Shown here piece after piece: positions 1 through 13,330 of a DNA stretch of 64,000 nt. Within the stretch, counting starts at the first letter, position 1. Each line of letters starts with the position of its first letter. The DNA is taken from positions 31,436,001 through 31,500,000 of the forward strand of contig NC_045697.1 in the NCBI RefSeq assembly GCF_009834535.1, read 5' to 3'. The stretch is from Camelus ferus. Taxonomy: Eukaryota. A program made the position numbers and the translations under genes. The notes under the pieces are model-generated. The model saw nothing but the letters and a program-made list of their open reading frames with translations, did no database searches and was not told where the DNA came from.

Positions 1-108
1 TGGGGACAATAATATTATAGAGCATTTTTGGATAAAGATTAGATGACAGAATGCAAGCAAAGCACATGGCATGCTATATGGCAAATAATAGGAGCTCAGT
101 AAATGTAA
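1..108 (+). mobile_element. MIR SINE, 3' portion (degenerate)
   Basis: 'tggggacaataata...agattagatgacagaatgcaagcaaagcac...tggcaaataataggagctcagtaaatgt' follows the MIR core/tail pattern. Confidence 0.6.
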
Positions 109-229
109 AGTCATATACCTGCAAAGCAGATATGTGATCAATAGTCCAAAGATTATTATTTTCTTATATACCATTATATCCTATGAGAAAATGCAGAAGA
201 AAGTTGTAACATGTTTACTTAAAAAAAAA

Positions 230-1690
230 GCTGTGAAGCATATATGAATAAAACTATGCAAATTTGTCCCAAGCTATAAAGGAAAATCTGAATAAACCTA
301 AATAAAAGGAGACATATATCATGTTAATCACATGATATTTCTCACCAAAATATTCTAAAGATTCTTGCAATTACAAGCACAGCCCCAGCTTACAAATTCA
401 CAAATTGATTGTAAAAAGTATAGGATGAATGTATATATGAATATGTCTAAGTCATTTTTTTTAAAAAAGAATGCCAATATTGATACATCTTGGATACATC
501 TTACTTACTGACAACATATTGTAAGACCTTTTAGATCAATGTGGTCTTGACTGAGATACAAACAAATAGATACATGAACAAAATATAATTAAGAATATGG
601 TATTTCAAATGAGGGGGGAAGCGATGGATTTAGGATTAGCAAAACCCATTTGAAAAAAATAAAGGTATATCTTTTATATATCTATACAGAAATTATACCT
701 TATGTAGAAATTAATTTTTAGGTAAATGAAGGAACTAGTTAGAACAATTGAAACAAAAAATGTACTAGAAGACATATGGAAGATCACTGTTCATAATCTT
801 GGAGTGTGGAAAGCTTTCCTAAGCTTAACAGAATCCAGAACAAGTGAGAAAAAATATTTACAGATATAAATACATAAAAATTAAAATTTTCAAAATTAAC
901 TAAGCCAGGGAATGTGTGAACAACAGAAAAATATTAAAAACATATTGAAAAGGGCAACTATTTATTTATGCCTTTATACAAACACTGAAAATCAGTACAT
1001 TGCCATCCAATGGAAAAATGTCAAAATGTATGAAGTCAATTCTCACAATAGATTTTAAGTAGCCAATGCATATGTGCTCAACCTCACAAGTAATGAAATG
1101 AATGCAAATTAAAGCAAAAATTAACATTTTTTCTAACTAGATTAGAAAAATTAAGAAGATCAAAAATATCCAGAGTAGAAGCAATGTGGAGATGGAATAA
1201 GTGTTGGTGGAAAGAGATTGATACTCTGTTTTTCAAAGGACAATGTCACCAAATCTATACGTTTAAGTCACACTTGTACCTTGACTCAGAAAATCCACTT
1301 GTGAAATCAAATCAAACACAAATGTATGCTTATTTCACAAATACATTTGCAAGTATACTCATTGTAGTATTATAACTATAGAAAAATAGAAACAACCTAA
1401 TTATCCATCAGTAGGGGAATTCTTTCATGAACTTTCATATATGCATAATATAGAATTATATGTAGAACATGGAAACATTTAAGAACGTATTGTTGGGTAC
1501 AAACTCATACATTGCCATCACAGAAAAATAAAAACTACATAAATGTCCGTTAATAAAATTATTAGATTTATTTTTATATACTTATATTGCAGAATTATAT
1601 ATGCCATAACATGGTAAAATTTGATATGCTGTATTGTGAGATTAGCAATTTCATAATAATATGCATAGTATTACTCCATTTTTATAATTA
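230..1690 (+). mobile_element. Ancient L1 (L1ME-like) ORF2 3' part and 3' UTR, heavily decayed
   Basis: A-rich collinear L1 motifs, e.g. 'atgctcaacctcacaagtaatgaaatgaatgcaaattaaa', 'aaacaacctaattatccatcagtagggga'. Confidence 0.75.
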
Positions 1691-1889
1691 CACACTCTGA
1701 CACAATACATACACACATACACAGACACATACACAGGCACATGATTCCTTATTTGATTGACTAATCAAAGACCTCCCAAGGATCCACATAACTGTTATCA
1801 TGTTAGATTAGTAGGTGAGAAGTTAATTTACTATATACAATGGATGCTTTAGGACATTTGGGCTTGTCTAGAGAATTCCCTCTTCCATT

Positions 1890-2090
1890 ACAAAAGACTG
1901 AAAGGTGTGAAGCCACAAGACGGAAATGATGTGAGCCCTTGAATCACCAAGTAAATGAAAGATGCTCGCAAGCAACCTAGGGCATCTGTGTTGGATAGTT
2001 ACATTAAAAAAACATATTTCTATTTTGGTAAACCATTGGAAAGCTGGTGTGTATTTTTATAACAACTAACATTATCTAAATTAATATAAA
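1890..2090 (+). mobile_element. MaLR LTR (old MLT1) 3' fragment
   Basis: 'agccacaagacggaa...gagcccttgaatcacc...ttctattttggtaaaccattgga...ataacaactaacattatctaaattaata' resembles the MLT1 3' end. Confidence 0.55.
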
Positions 2091-2748
2091 TAACGTAAGT
2101 TTTTACCACAGTACTGTAAAATCGCTTACAGAATCAATAAGCAATGATTGACTACATGTAATATGCCAGCTATTGAAATATAAATAAGACAATTTATATC
2201 CTAAATTAAACTTGAGAGGGCTTATCAGAGGAAGAACAGAAGCATATGCAGCAAAATGACTGTGAAGTCGATTACTATTTATCATGAAAAGATATAATAG
2301 ATATTAACTGTTTAATAATTATTATTAATGGAAAATTTGCAAACAATCACATGTAGCAATTATACAATATAATAAAGCTGTAATAGAAATAAATGTATAC
2401 ATGTCTTACAAACTTAAAAGAGATTAAAAAAAATTTCAATAAAAGGAAGCTACATATGTCCCATTAAACTTCAAGGTGAATTAACAGAATATAGATTACG
2501 TCTTGCAAACTTTCATGGCCATTACTGAAAAACATAATCACTATGTGTACACAGGGATAATTCTACTTTGTATTGAGGGGGACACTGCATTTACTCATTC
2601 ATTGAAAACACTTAAAAACCTTGTTCCCTTCATTGTTTTAACCATAGAGTAATTGTTTTTTACTGGATTAGTCCATTAGTTTATATTGAAGGACATTACA
2701 AGACTGTTGTATAAAATCAATGCAATCATGATTAAGAAAAATTGTTTC

Positions 2749-3368
2749 TCAGGAACCCTACTTCAAAAAGACACCTTCACTTCAATGTTCATAGCAGCGC
2801 TATTTACAATAGCCAAGACATGGAAACAGCCTAAATGTCCATCAACGGATGACTGGATAAAGAAGAGGTGGTATATTTATACAATGGAATACTATTCAGC
2901 TATAAAAACTGACAACATAATGCCATTTGCAACAACATGGATGTTTCTGAAGAATGTCATTCTAAGTGAAGTAAGCCAGGAAGAGAAAGAAAAATACCAT
3001 ATGAGATCACTCATATGTGGAATCTAAAAAAAACCAAAACATAAATACAAAACAGAAACAGACTCACAAACATAGAATACAAACTTGTGGTTGCCAAGGG
3101 GGCAGAGGGTGGGAAGGGACAGACTGGGATTTCAAAATTTGTAGATATTGATAAGCATATATAGAATAGATAAATAAGATTATACAAATAAGATTATACT
3201 GTATAGCACAGGGAAATATATACAAGATCTTGTGGTAGCTCACAGTGAAAAAAAAATGTGACAATGCATTTATGTGTGTTCTTGTATAATTGAAAAATTG
3301 TGCTCTACACTAGAATTTGACACAACATTGTAAAATGACTATAACTCAATTAAAAAAAAAGAAAAAAA
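2749..3368 (+). mobile_element. Young 5'-truncated L1: ORF2 C-terminus, 3' UTR and poly(A)
   Basis: ORF 2686..3027 ends in KDTFTSMFIAALFTIAKTWKQPKCPSTDDWIKK...HMRSLICGI* (L1 ORF2 end); A-tail from 3352; AAGAAAAATT repeated at 2734-2743 and 3369-3378 after TT (TT|AAGAAA endonuclease-type site). Confidence 0.95.
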
Positions 3369-3744
3369 AAGAAAAATTCTGTTACTGTCTTATGCGAAAA
3401 TGTGTGGAGAATATTGTCTCTGTGAGAGAATGGACACACACTTTGCCCAGCAAAAAACAAAGAAAAAACTCTTTAAATTTAATATGCTGACTTTATATTA
3501 ATTTCATACATATCACAGATAAATGTTCTTCAAGGCAAGGACTGTCAATTGCTCCTCCCACCTCCCCAAAATTTATTCTCTCTTTCTTCTCATAGTAATA
3601 AGAACTTCATATTTCAGAATATATATTTTAACTAGAATATTGATTATAACATAAACAATTTACTAAACTTGTCATCAAATAAGTTCTATTTATGTATATG
3701 AATAATTAAAATAATTAAGAAAAAAATATATCTCCCCTTTAGTA

Positions 3745-3878
3745 TATTTGAGTGTTTCTCCATTAGAATGTAAGATAAATAATGTCAGTACTCTCTCTCT
3801 CTGTTCGCAGGAACACCTCTTGAGTTAGCTCAGTGTATAGAAAGGAGGCAATTATTTTGTATTTTATGAATGAAAATA
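3745..3878 (+). mobile_element. L2 3' end (degenerate)
   Basis: 'tctccattagaatgtaag...ctgttc...atgaatgaa' matches the L2 terminus. Confidence 0.55.
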
Positions 3879-5067
3879 AAATTCTTGCTAAAATAGAATT
3901 CTTGAGAGTTTCTTCTGGCTAATTATTAAACTATTAATAGAAAAATAGTCTCTCCTATTCACTAAACTATTTATAGTAACACTTGGTGAAGTCATATATC
4001 TTGGAACTTTAAGGAGTTCTAACCACAGCAAATCCTTTATCATTGTCTGGGTCCTGTAAGTACTGAGTTTGTATAAATTGACTGTAATAAAAGACCTCAT
4101 ATTGTTTTAGTATCTTCTGCTTTAAACTAGCTACTTGTTTTACATTGGAAAGTGGCTGTGTGATACTGCAGTTTTTGCTTTTGTTAACCTGAGAAATGTG
4201 TGTGTTTGTGGGTGTGTGTTTCCTACTGTTTATCAGCAGCCTCTGCTACTGGGTGATAGGAGAGGCGTCTTAAATCTCTTTGATGAAATGAGCCATTTTC
4301 TGCTTGGTCTCAAGCTTAAAATGGATCCCCTATTGTGCCGCAGCAAAAGCACAGGATACATCTTCTGTAACACTGTTAAATTTCCCTCTGAGGAATGTGA
4401 GGGACATGTTAGAGCATTGTGTGTAATCACTGCATGGCAAATATATTACGCTGGTATCCCAGTATTTACTTATTTTAAGAAATACATTTGAAGTGAAAAA
4501 CATTCATATTACAAGAGCAATTTGAGAACTTAATAGTGCCAGACTAAACATTTTTATTTCTACTCTAATACCTGTGATCTTGGACATGCACAATATTAAA
4601 TACCTTTATAAAGAAATGATTGATAATCACATTATGTTCACCAACACGTAATGGAAGAAATGTACAAATCAAGAACATTCAAAAATTCTACACAACCATC
4701 CAAAAAAACTTTCTAAGATGGGAAGAAATTAGCTAGTCAAGTAAAAAAGAACAAGATATTAAAGCCCACAGGGAAAAATGTGAAAAACAAACTGGACAGC
4801 TTTTGTCATACGAACAATATAATTAATTAAAGATACAAACAAGAGCTAATCTCAGAAGTTATTCTAGGTATTAATAAGTTGTTATGAATTTCCTAATTTA
4901 TTTCTTAATAAAATTAATGTTAATTAAGTAAATAGATTAATACTTACACAGAGACTGCTTTCTGGGCAAACAGGAGCAACGTAGACTACTAAGAACACAG
5001 GAGGTTAGGAATCGGGTAGACGGGCTGATTAGGAACATAGAAGGAGAGGAAAGAGCATATTCTCATT

Positions 5068-5262
5068 CAGTGGATTTAAAACCTACTGGTATCAGTCACC
5101 TGAAGGGGTTGTTACAGCTCACATTGCCAAGCTCCATCCCCAGAGTCACTCATTTAATAGACCATTTAGTAGGTCTGTGATGGGACACGTGGATTTTCCT
5201 TTCTAACAAATTCCAGGTGATGATCTTCCTGTCAATCTGGGGATCATACTTGGAGATCTGCA
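5068..5262. mobile_element. MER5A-like hAT-Charlie DNA transposon
   Basis: 'cagtgg...atcagtcacctgaaggggttgtta...ccatccccagagt...tttctaacaaattccaggtgatg...ggatcatacttggaga' matches the MER5A layout. Confidence 0.8.
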
Positions 5263-5869
5263 AGTCTAGTTAAAGAGACACGTTCAACTCAACATGAACT
5301 AGTATCATTGATATTATATTCAGAGTGTTAATGAGAGAGAGAACAAAGTCTGAAGTCAGGAGAAAAGGAACAGTTAAAGAAACAGGACTAAATATGAAGT
5401 GAGGCAAATTTTTCTAGGATTTGGGCTGTTGGACAAATCAAGGGCTCAAAACTCTCAGAGAGTATCAGCCCCGCTTAGAAACTGAGTTAGACACTCACTT
5501 GTCTAGAACCGTGGGCTTTTCGTGAAACGTCTAGATCACAAGTCAGCCTACTGGAGCAGCAGAATCTAAAGCTGCACCGACTTTTGTATTTGTTTAACAG
5601 AAAAGAGTCTGTGGCTTATGAGAGTCCCCGGTTTACGCAGGCATCCACCACACAACTGCAATTTGAAACATGTTTCGGGGGTTAGCTAGATGCTCACAGG
5701 ACCTACTTCTAGTTCTTCTTGAGCATATAAGGAGCCCAAAGCCCCTATCCTCCCTTTCAGTTAGCCAGAGAGTTTTAGCCAATGAGATATCATTTACGTC
5801 AACTATTAGACTGGCATTTTTAAAGCCTTCTCTCACCATCCTCCGTGCTTACTCTCTCTCTCCCTTTCC

Positions 5870-6068
5870 CCATACACTGGCTGATGGCAGAAGAGGACAA
5901 AACGCAAGTATAAGTCGTGATTACATGGTAGAAGGACCTTGCATTTATATCTGATTCTGGAGCAAAGCCCCTCCTCTGACTCTCACTAATGACATTGTAC
6001 TGTGACACGCATGAGAAACAAACTTTAGTGGGCTAGGACACTGAGATTTGTTGTGTTGTTGTTGTTTT
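5870..6068 (+). mobile_element. MLT1 LTR 3' fragment
   Basis: 'catgagaaacaaactttagtgggctaggacactgagatttgttgtgttgtt' is a MaLR LTR 3' motif. Confidence 0.55.
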
Positions 6069-6167
6069 ATTGTGTGTGTGTGTGTGTATACACACATACA
6101 TATATATTTGTTTGTTTATTTACTTATGTATTTATGTAAAAATACCTTCCCACATGTCTGTGTAATT

Positions 6168-6530
6168 TTGTGGTGATTAAAAATAACTGCAAATACTTTG
6201 ATAACTTTTCCATAGAGAGGTGGAGTTTATGTTCCTTCCCTTTGAATTTGATCAGATCTGTGCCTGCTTGATCACTAGGGTATAGTGAGAGTGATGTACC
6301 AGTTTCCAGGCCACGTCCTTAGGGAATTCACAGCTTTCACTTTATGCCTCTTGGAATCCAGCCTCTGTGCTATGAGGAGGCTTAAGCAGCCCCATGGAGA
6401 GTTCTCCTAGTCTGCCAGACACTGGGTGAGGCGTTCAGGAAACACATCCCCCAGCTGCGTTTGAGTTAAGACTGGTGTAATATGTGACAGAGGAGAGCTG
6501 TTGTTTTAATTTACTACAGATAACTGAAAT
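6168..6530 (+). mobile_element. MLT1 LTR (MLT1G/H-like), internally deleted
   Basis: Starts 'tgtggtgattaaaaataactgcaaatactttga...agaggtggagtttatgttccttccctttgaat', ends 'cagataactgaaata'. Confidence 0.75.
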
Positions 6531-6791
6531 AGGTCTTTTTCTTCCTACTTAAATAGAAATTTCTGTTATTGAGATCATTCTTTTTCCAGATGAATACAAT
6601 AAAGGGCATTTATTGCACACATATGCTGATTATATTTGTTAAACATTCTTTTGCCAAAACCCCAAAATTCTGTATATAAGTATGTAGTTCATTTCCACCT
6701 TACTTACCTCAGCCTCCTCAGAGTAGATACTAGAAAATACAGATGTTGGGAAAATGCCTGGGGAAAAATTGGAACTGTGATTAAAAAAAGA

Positions 6792-7210
6792 AGTAAATGC
6801 AAATCAAAACTACAGTGAGGTATCACCTCACACCAGTCAGAATGGCCATCATTCAAAAATTCACAAAAGATAAATGCTGGAGAGGGTGTGGAGAAAAGGG
6901 AACCCTCTTACACTGTTGGTGGGAATGTAGTTTGGTGCAGCTGTTATGGAAAACAGTAGGAGATTCCTCAAAAAACTAAAAATAGACTTACCATATGATA
7001 AAACAATCCCACTCCTGAGCAAATATCCAGAGGGAACCTTAATTCAAAAAGATACTTGTACCCCAATGTTCATAGCAGCACTATTTACAACAGCCAAGAC
7101 AAGGAAACAACCTAAATGTCCATGGACAGATGACTGGATAAAGAAGTTGTGGTATATTTATACAATGGAATACTACTCAGCCATAAAAAAGAATAAAATA
7201 AAGCCATTTG
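6792..7210 (+). mobile_element. Young L1 ORF2 C-terminal fragment, truncated at both ends
   Basis: ORFs 6797..6979 ([19 protein letters not shown]...) and 6946..7263 (...KDTCTPMFIAALFTTAKTRKQPKCPWTDDWIKKLWYIYTMEYYSAIKKN) are L1 ORF2 with one frameshift; no 3' UTR or poly(A). Confidence 0.95.
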
Positions 7211-7404
7211 ACCTAGGAAGTCTCAACAGGATATCTATAGGGTATTTTTTCTCTCTCTCTTAACTTTTCCTTTTTTCTTTAACTTGCTTCTGCATGTAAT
7301 TTGTTACTTGCTTCAATGGTTAAAATTGATAGAAGAAACATGAAGTTACATAATGCTTTCATTCATATACACACACACAGACAAAAACAAGGAAGAAATA
7401 GCTG

Positions 7405-7730
7405 TAAGTTCTAGTCCTCCTTGCTGCAAACGATCACATTGCTGTAGCTTGTATTGAAAAATTCCACTTCTCGCTACTAATTCCCTATTTCCTTTGGCTT
7501 CAGAAAGTACCCCAGATGACTATGGTTTCTTGACTGGTATGGTGACCCCAAACTTTATTCCTTTAGGATCTATGCTATTAAGAGTCTTGCCTATTTGAAT
7601 GGTAGTTTTCCAAGAACTGCCATCATGATAGAGAGCAGTACAAACGGGCGCCTCAGAAAGACTCCTGCATTTCATACATTCTTTCCTCCTTGCATTGTGT
7701 GGTAGCGGCCATTTTCCCATCATCCAGTTG
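7405..7730 (-). mobile_element. ERVL internal fragment (3' end of pol/dUTPase region)
   Basis: Minus strand collinear with recalled ERVL-int sequence; ORF 7520..7723 contains IDPKGIKFGVTIPVKKP, similar to ERVL 'PDPSGMKVWVTPPGKEP'. Confidence 0.75.
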
Positions 7731-9944
7731 GGGATGATGTGGAGAAAGGAGAAAGTGGATGAAGAAAAAAATAATGAACTAACAAGGAGTCTTAACAGTG
7801 TGACCAGTGATGATTAAGTACCACGTACTGTCATATGATTAACTCGATTTTTTAAAATATTTGAAGCTAAAAAAGCTTATAGGACAGAGTTTAACATGAA
7901 ATAAATGCTCAATAAAGATAAATTTCCTCAAGTGGAGTCTCCATCAAGGGAGGGACCGTGTGAGATATTAAACAAGGCAACCGCATAAGACCTTAAAGCG
8001 AGACGCTGACTTGATTTTGTCGGCTCCCTGATGGCAGCACAGCTATATTTCTTAGCTTAATCAGAACTGGCTTCAGAACTGGGTCAGTACAAGGCACTGA
8101 GGGGGTTGTACCAAAGAAGCACATATAAAAAGCTGAAAGCAGAAGGGCCAGAGATAGTAAAACACATTCAGACTGACAGCTGCCTTATTGCTTCTTGGTT
8201 TGCATATTTTGCTCTCACAGTTACTGGTGAAAAATTAAAATGAGAAATCCTTTAATGTAAATTATTGCTTGATTCTTCTGATAGTCTAGCATAAACTAAA
8301 TAACTAATTTGCAATCCATTTTGCAGCGCCATAGTGTTCTTAGCTGGAGGCCCTGGCTATTTAATTTTTGCATATTTTAATAATGAATAAAGTCCTACAA
8401 TGTTTACTACTTCCTTCTCTGGCTTGGGGAATTTAGATCTCTGTCTTTCTTCATGAATTATAGTTGCTCTGATGTCATTAGCCTTTTCAGTTTGAACACC
8501 TGGAATATACAAGCTGTCCTTTGCAGCATGGTATCTTCGGTACATATGATTTTGCATTAGGCCCAAATTTTATACCTTCCAAATGCTTTACAACCTATGT
8601 TTTATGAGCTGCTGATAAAAAACAAACCTATAAATCACCTTAGGAATATTATCTTTTCCCCTCTTGTTTGCAGAGGAAATAAAGCAACATGGAAACCAAG
8701 CAGTCTGCACTCATAGCAGGAATGTCAGGGGCAGAAGTCTTTATTTCTCTGAAATAGGAATGTTCTCAGTGTTCCATCCACATCCTACTCCAAATTTGAA
8801 CTATTTTTAGAGGAGTGGAAAGTTGAACAAGAACCCATTGAAAATAACCAACTCAATATTATAGAGAAATTATCATTCTAGATAATTCAGTCATCCTTAA
8901 AATCCACAGTTTTATTCTATAATATATATCAGTAATTTTCCAGCTCTTCAGTTTTCTTTATCTTTGTAAGTCTAGCTCCTGGTTGGGGAAAAATGTATAT
9001 AATCTGAGGTGTTACTGGTTTTTTTTTTTTTTCTGGTAAATAAACATGTCCAAACCTAAGACTATTTTTAGGTTAATGTTTCTTTCAAATTCATGCTATC
9101 TGATTTATTTTGCTGTCAACTTGATTTCAACTTCTCTAAATCCCTACTGTACAGTTCTACCAAATACATATCTAATATTTCCCTTTGATATATAATTCTA
9201 TTCTATAGCTCTCTAGTGTGCAGCAAAGTGTCATATGTTTTAGCAGGGTCTTTAACTGAACTGTGAACTACAAACCAGGTGGAAAAGCACAGATTTACAA
9301 AGCTCCAAAACCACCTGTAAGTCAAATATTAATTTTTTGCCAAACCACGAGTTGAACTCTTGCATTCTTATAAAATAGTCATTTCGAATGTCAGTTTTGA
9401 GTAGAACTAAGCCAATATATTTTGTCATTCTATCAAAGTAGAGAACCATTAATTTATTTATTTTTCTGGTCTTTGAAATATTCCTGAAGCCAGTTTTTCC
9501 ATTCCTGTTCCTGTGCTCAACAACCTAACACAAACTTTAATCTTTATACATAATTACTATTAGGGCTTCATAGCTTCTTACCCTGAAGTTCTTTAAGCAA
9601 AATAATATTCAGTTAAATGTACTAATGCTTTCAGTCACGTCATTCCTTGGAGCCAACACTTTTAAAGCCAGTGTAACAGACTTTATCAAATCTGAGCTCT
9701 TCAAGTGCACATTCATTCTCACTCCCATCTAATCTCACCCTGTCAGTTCTGCCTCTGCAAAATGCTCCATAATTCAGTTTTTTTTCCCTGTTTTGCTATG
9801 AGTCAACTGAAACTCGGGGAGAAATTAAATATCTTGAAAATGTCACTCATCTGGAGAATGAGAGAACTCAAATTTGAAAAGCAATTTTTTTTGTTGTTTT
9901 TTTAATTTTTGCTTTTCCTATTACCTGCTTCTCATGGTATTATC

Positions 9945-10420
9945 TGTATTCATCAGTATACTTTCAGTTATAATGAAAACATGTAATCAAACTGGATTAA
10001 AAAAATAAAGAAATGTATCCTTTGGAACAAGAATGTAGTCTCTAAACTGTACTGGTACTGAGATTCAGGAAGTCCAGGCCCTCATTTCCAGTCTCCATTG
10101 CACGACCTCCCTTCTTCTTTGTTGACGCTGCTCTTGGGAGGATGCACGCTATTTATGGGCACATAATGGCTTCTGGACTTACTTACTTACATGTGTATCC
10201 AAATGACTGTGTTGGAGAGAATTATGATAGGACCAAAAAGGTCCTGCTTCTAACAGAGCCATGTGGACAATATTGCTTCAGGCTTGCCTCACAGTTCTTA
10301 AACCTAGCTCCTCCCATAGTGGAATCAAATTACGAAATGTCTGAACTGAGCAAGTAAGCGTGGACACCTGGATGAAAACAGAGGCGCTCTAATCTGTGGA
10401 AGAGGAAATGGATGCTGGTC
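9945..10420 (-). mobile_element. Old MLT1 LTR (MLT1K/L-like)
   Basis: 'ctttcagttataatgaaaacatgtaatcaaactggattaaaaaaataaagaaatgtat' is the reverse MaLR LTR end pattern. Confidence 0.5.
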
Positions 10421-10804
10421 AGTTAGCCCAGCAAATGCCTGCTCTCTGACAGGACCTGAAGTCTGCCTTCCCAGGCCCATCCACATCAGTTGCGAAAGCC
10501 CTTGATGATTATCCCCATTTCATTCTCTTTGCTCTTATACCTCTGTCCTAGAAGACCCTCATCTTTTCCTATAACTTCCTAAATCTACTTATGTTTCCAG
10601 GCCTAAATTGTAAAAGTTTATAAAAGCTGTCTTAATCATCCCAGTCTTACTGACTTTGTGCCCAATGAACTGCCATAGGATTTATAGTTTTCACAGGTCT
10701 TTAAAATATACTCTTTTAAGAAATATTTCACTTTTGTGATTTGTGTGACCCTAGCTAGACCATAAGAACCTGTTGAATGTAGCTCCATTTTCATTATGTT
10801 AGTT

Positions 10805-10968
10805 CAGACAAGTTATTTAATGAGTCTTTGTTTTCTCACCTCTAAAATATGCATAATAATAATATTTACCCTTAGTGGTGGTGCTGGGAGGAATAATTTA
10901 TATACTACATATAAAATTCTGAGAGCTGTTCTAGGTATAAATTAAATGCACAGAAGATACTAGCTGTT
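10805..10968 (+). mobile_element. MIR SINE
   Basis: 'gacaagttatttaa...gttttctcacctctaaaatatgcataataataatatttacc' MIR core. Confidence 0.7.
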
Positions 10969-11369
10969 TTTTTTTTTTTTTTAGCCTCAGTACAACCACC
11001 ATGATGCCTGGTAAAGTGCTAGTTACACACAGAGTAGCTGCTCCATGAAGGTATCTTGGATTTCCTGAAGCTAAACTGCTGCTCAATACAGTAAGGTTAT
11101 CTTTTTAAATGCATCTGCCTAAAGAGCAAATCAAAATTCCTATGCAGGTGCTTTTATTTCATAATTTTTAATCCTTCAAAATACAATGTTTTATTCGTTG
11201 CATTAATGAATTCTTACTTGGCTGCTTGACCTACTGAATAATAAGTGCTCCATAAATGCTTTTTAAATATACAACTCATTACTAACAGGGAAAACATTCA
11301 ACTTTAGAAACAACATAAGGCCTTTTACTTTCTTTAATCAAATTTATTCTAATACAAATGTCGGTTCTA

Positions 11370-12580
11370 GATTGATATGTTTTAAAAGTTCTTTTATATT
11401 TTGGGTAACAGTCCTTTATCAGATGTGTCTTTTTCAAATATTTTCTCCAAATCTGTGATTTGTCTTCTTATTTTCTTAGCATTGTCTTTTGCAGAGCAGA
11501 TTTTAATTTTCAGGAAGTCCAGATTACCAATTATTTCTTTCATGGATTGTGCTTTTGGTGTTACATGTAAAAAGTCATCACTGTACTCATGGTCATCTAA
11601 GTTTTCTTCTATGTTATCTCCTAGAAATTTTATAGTTTTGATTTTAACATTTAGTTCTGTGATATGTTTTTTAAGTTAATTTTTGAGAAGGGTCTAAGGT
11701 CTGCATCTAGGTTCATTTTTTTGCATGTGGATGTCTTTGTTCTAGCTATATTTGTTAAAAGTACTATCTTTGCTCCATTGTATTGCCTTTTCTCCTTTGT
11801 CAAAGATCAGTTGACTACAATTATGAGAGTCCATTCCTAGGCCCTCTGTTTTGTTCCATTGATCTATTAGTCTACTCTTTCGCCAATACCACACTGCCTT
11901 GGTAACAGTAGCTTTATATTAAGTCTTAAAATCAGGTAGTTCAGTTCTCCAACTTTGTTCTTTTTCAATACTCTGCTGGCTATTCTGGGTCTTTTTCTTC
12001 AAATACATTTTACAATCAGTTTGTCTAGTCCACAAAATAACTTTCTGGGATTTCAATTGTGATTGCTTTGAATCTATCAATATAGTTGGGCAGAACTGAC
12101 ATCTTGACAATATTGTCTTTCCTGTCCATGAACATGGACTGTTTGTTTATTTACTTCTTTGATTTCATTCATCAGAGTTTTATTCTTCTCTACATATATC
12201 TCTTGTATAGATTTTGTTAGATTTACACCTATGCATATAATTTTGGGGTGATGATGTAAATGATATTGCATTTTTATTTGAAATTCAACTTATTTGTTAT
12301 TGTTATGTAGGAGAGTAATTTACTATTGTATATTGACTTTGCATTCTGTAACCTTGTTATATGGCTTGTTGGTTCCAGAAGTTTATTTGTCAGTTATTTT
12401 GGATTTTCTACATAGAAGTGATCATGTCATTTACAAACAAAGACATTTTATTTCTTCCTTCACAATCTGTATGGCTTGGCTTGGCTTGGCTTTCCTTTCC
12501 TTTCCTTTCCTTTTTTTTTCTTATTACATTAGCTAGTACTTCTAGTATGAAATGAAAAGGAGTGGTGAGAGATAATTATC
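11370..12580 (-). mobile_element. Old L1 ORF2 fragment (L1M-type), antisense
   Basis: T-rich antisense L1 motifs ('cctttatcagatgtgtc', 'gtcaaagatcagttgact', 'gattgctttgaatctat'); minus ORFs carry IGVNLTKSIQEIY and ELPDFKT. Confidence 0.92.
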
Positions 12581-12829
12581 TTATTTTAAAATTTGGTTAC
12601 AGCTAATTTAAAAGTTGCATTTAACCAAAAAGGTCAAACCTTTTTAATACTTTAGGCAACCTATGAAAATAGCTTCAAAATTTAGAAAGCAAAAGCAACT
12701 AGAATTTCAATGAATGACTATAGAAATTTCTATTTAAACATGGCAATGTGAAAACATTACTTATTTTCTATCCTTCAAAGTTTATAAATAAGTATAACAC
12801 CAAAACTAGCTTCTAAATATTTTTAAAGC

Positions 12830-13330
12830 AAATATATTAATAGAAGCCAAAGACAAATTAGATGCTAAAAGAATCTCAGAAAAAAATCAGAGAGAAGTTC
12901 AATAAATATTTAGAAAAAGTATTCATCCTAAATAATAATTAGACATACAATTTAAAACAATAACATAATTCTTTGCATTTATCTCATGGGTACTGATAAA
13001 TAGAGTATTAATATAGTCATCAAGAGAATAGAAAAATATGCACTCCTATCAACTTTTAGTGGAATTGTAAATTTGTGTAGATTTTTGAAGCACAAAAGCA
13101 ATGTCTACCATGATTCTTTTTAAATGTGCATAGCCTTTGCCCCCTCTAAAATTCCCCTTCTAGATTTTTGTCCTATAGAAATTTCAATGAGAAAAATAGG
13201 TAAATTGAAAGTATAATTAGTAGCATTGTGTGTGACAGCAAAAATAGTCTATCAAAAGGAAAATAGTTAACAAAATTACAATTGAGATGGAATCGTAGAT
13301 AGCTGTGAAAAGATCACAGGTATGAAAAGA
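12830..13330 (+). mobile_element. Ancient L1 (L1ME-like) fragment
   Basis: Degenerate ORF2-end motifs 'gtggaattgtaaatttgtgtagatttttgaag', 'attccccttctagattttt'. Confidence 0.55.

Noticed and set aside
2686..3027. 113-aa ORF as a gene
   Set aside because: C-terminus of L1 ORF2 in a truncated copy; the upstream codons are flanking DNA
4135..4491. 118-aa ORF
   Set aside because: Non-ATG start, includes TG-repeat codons, no homology or splice structure recognised
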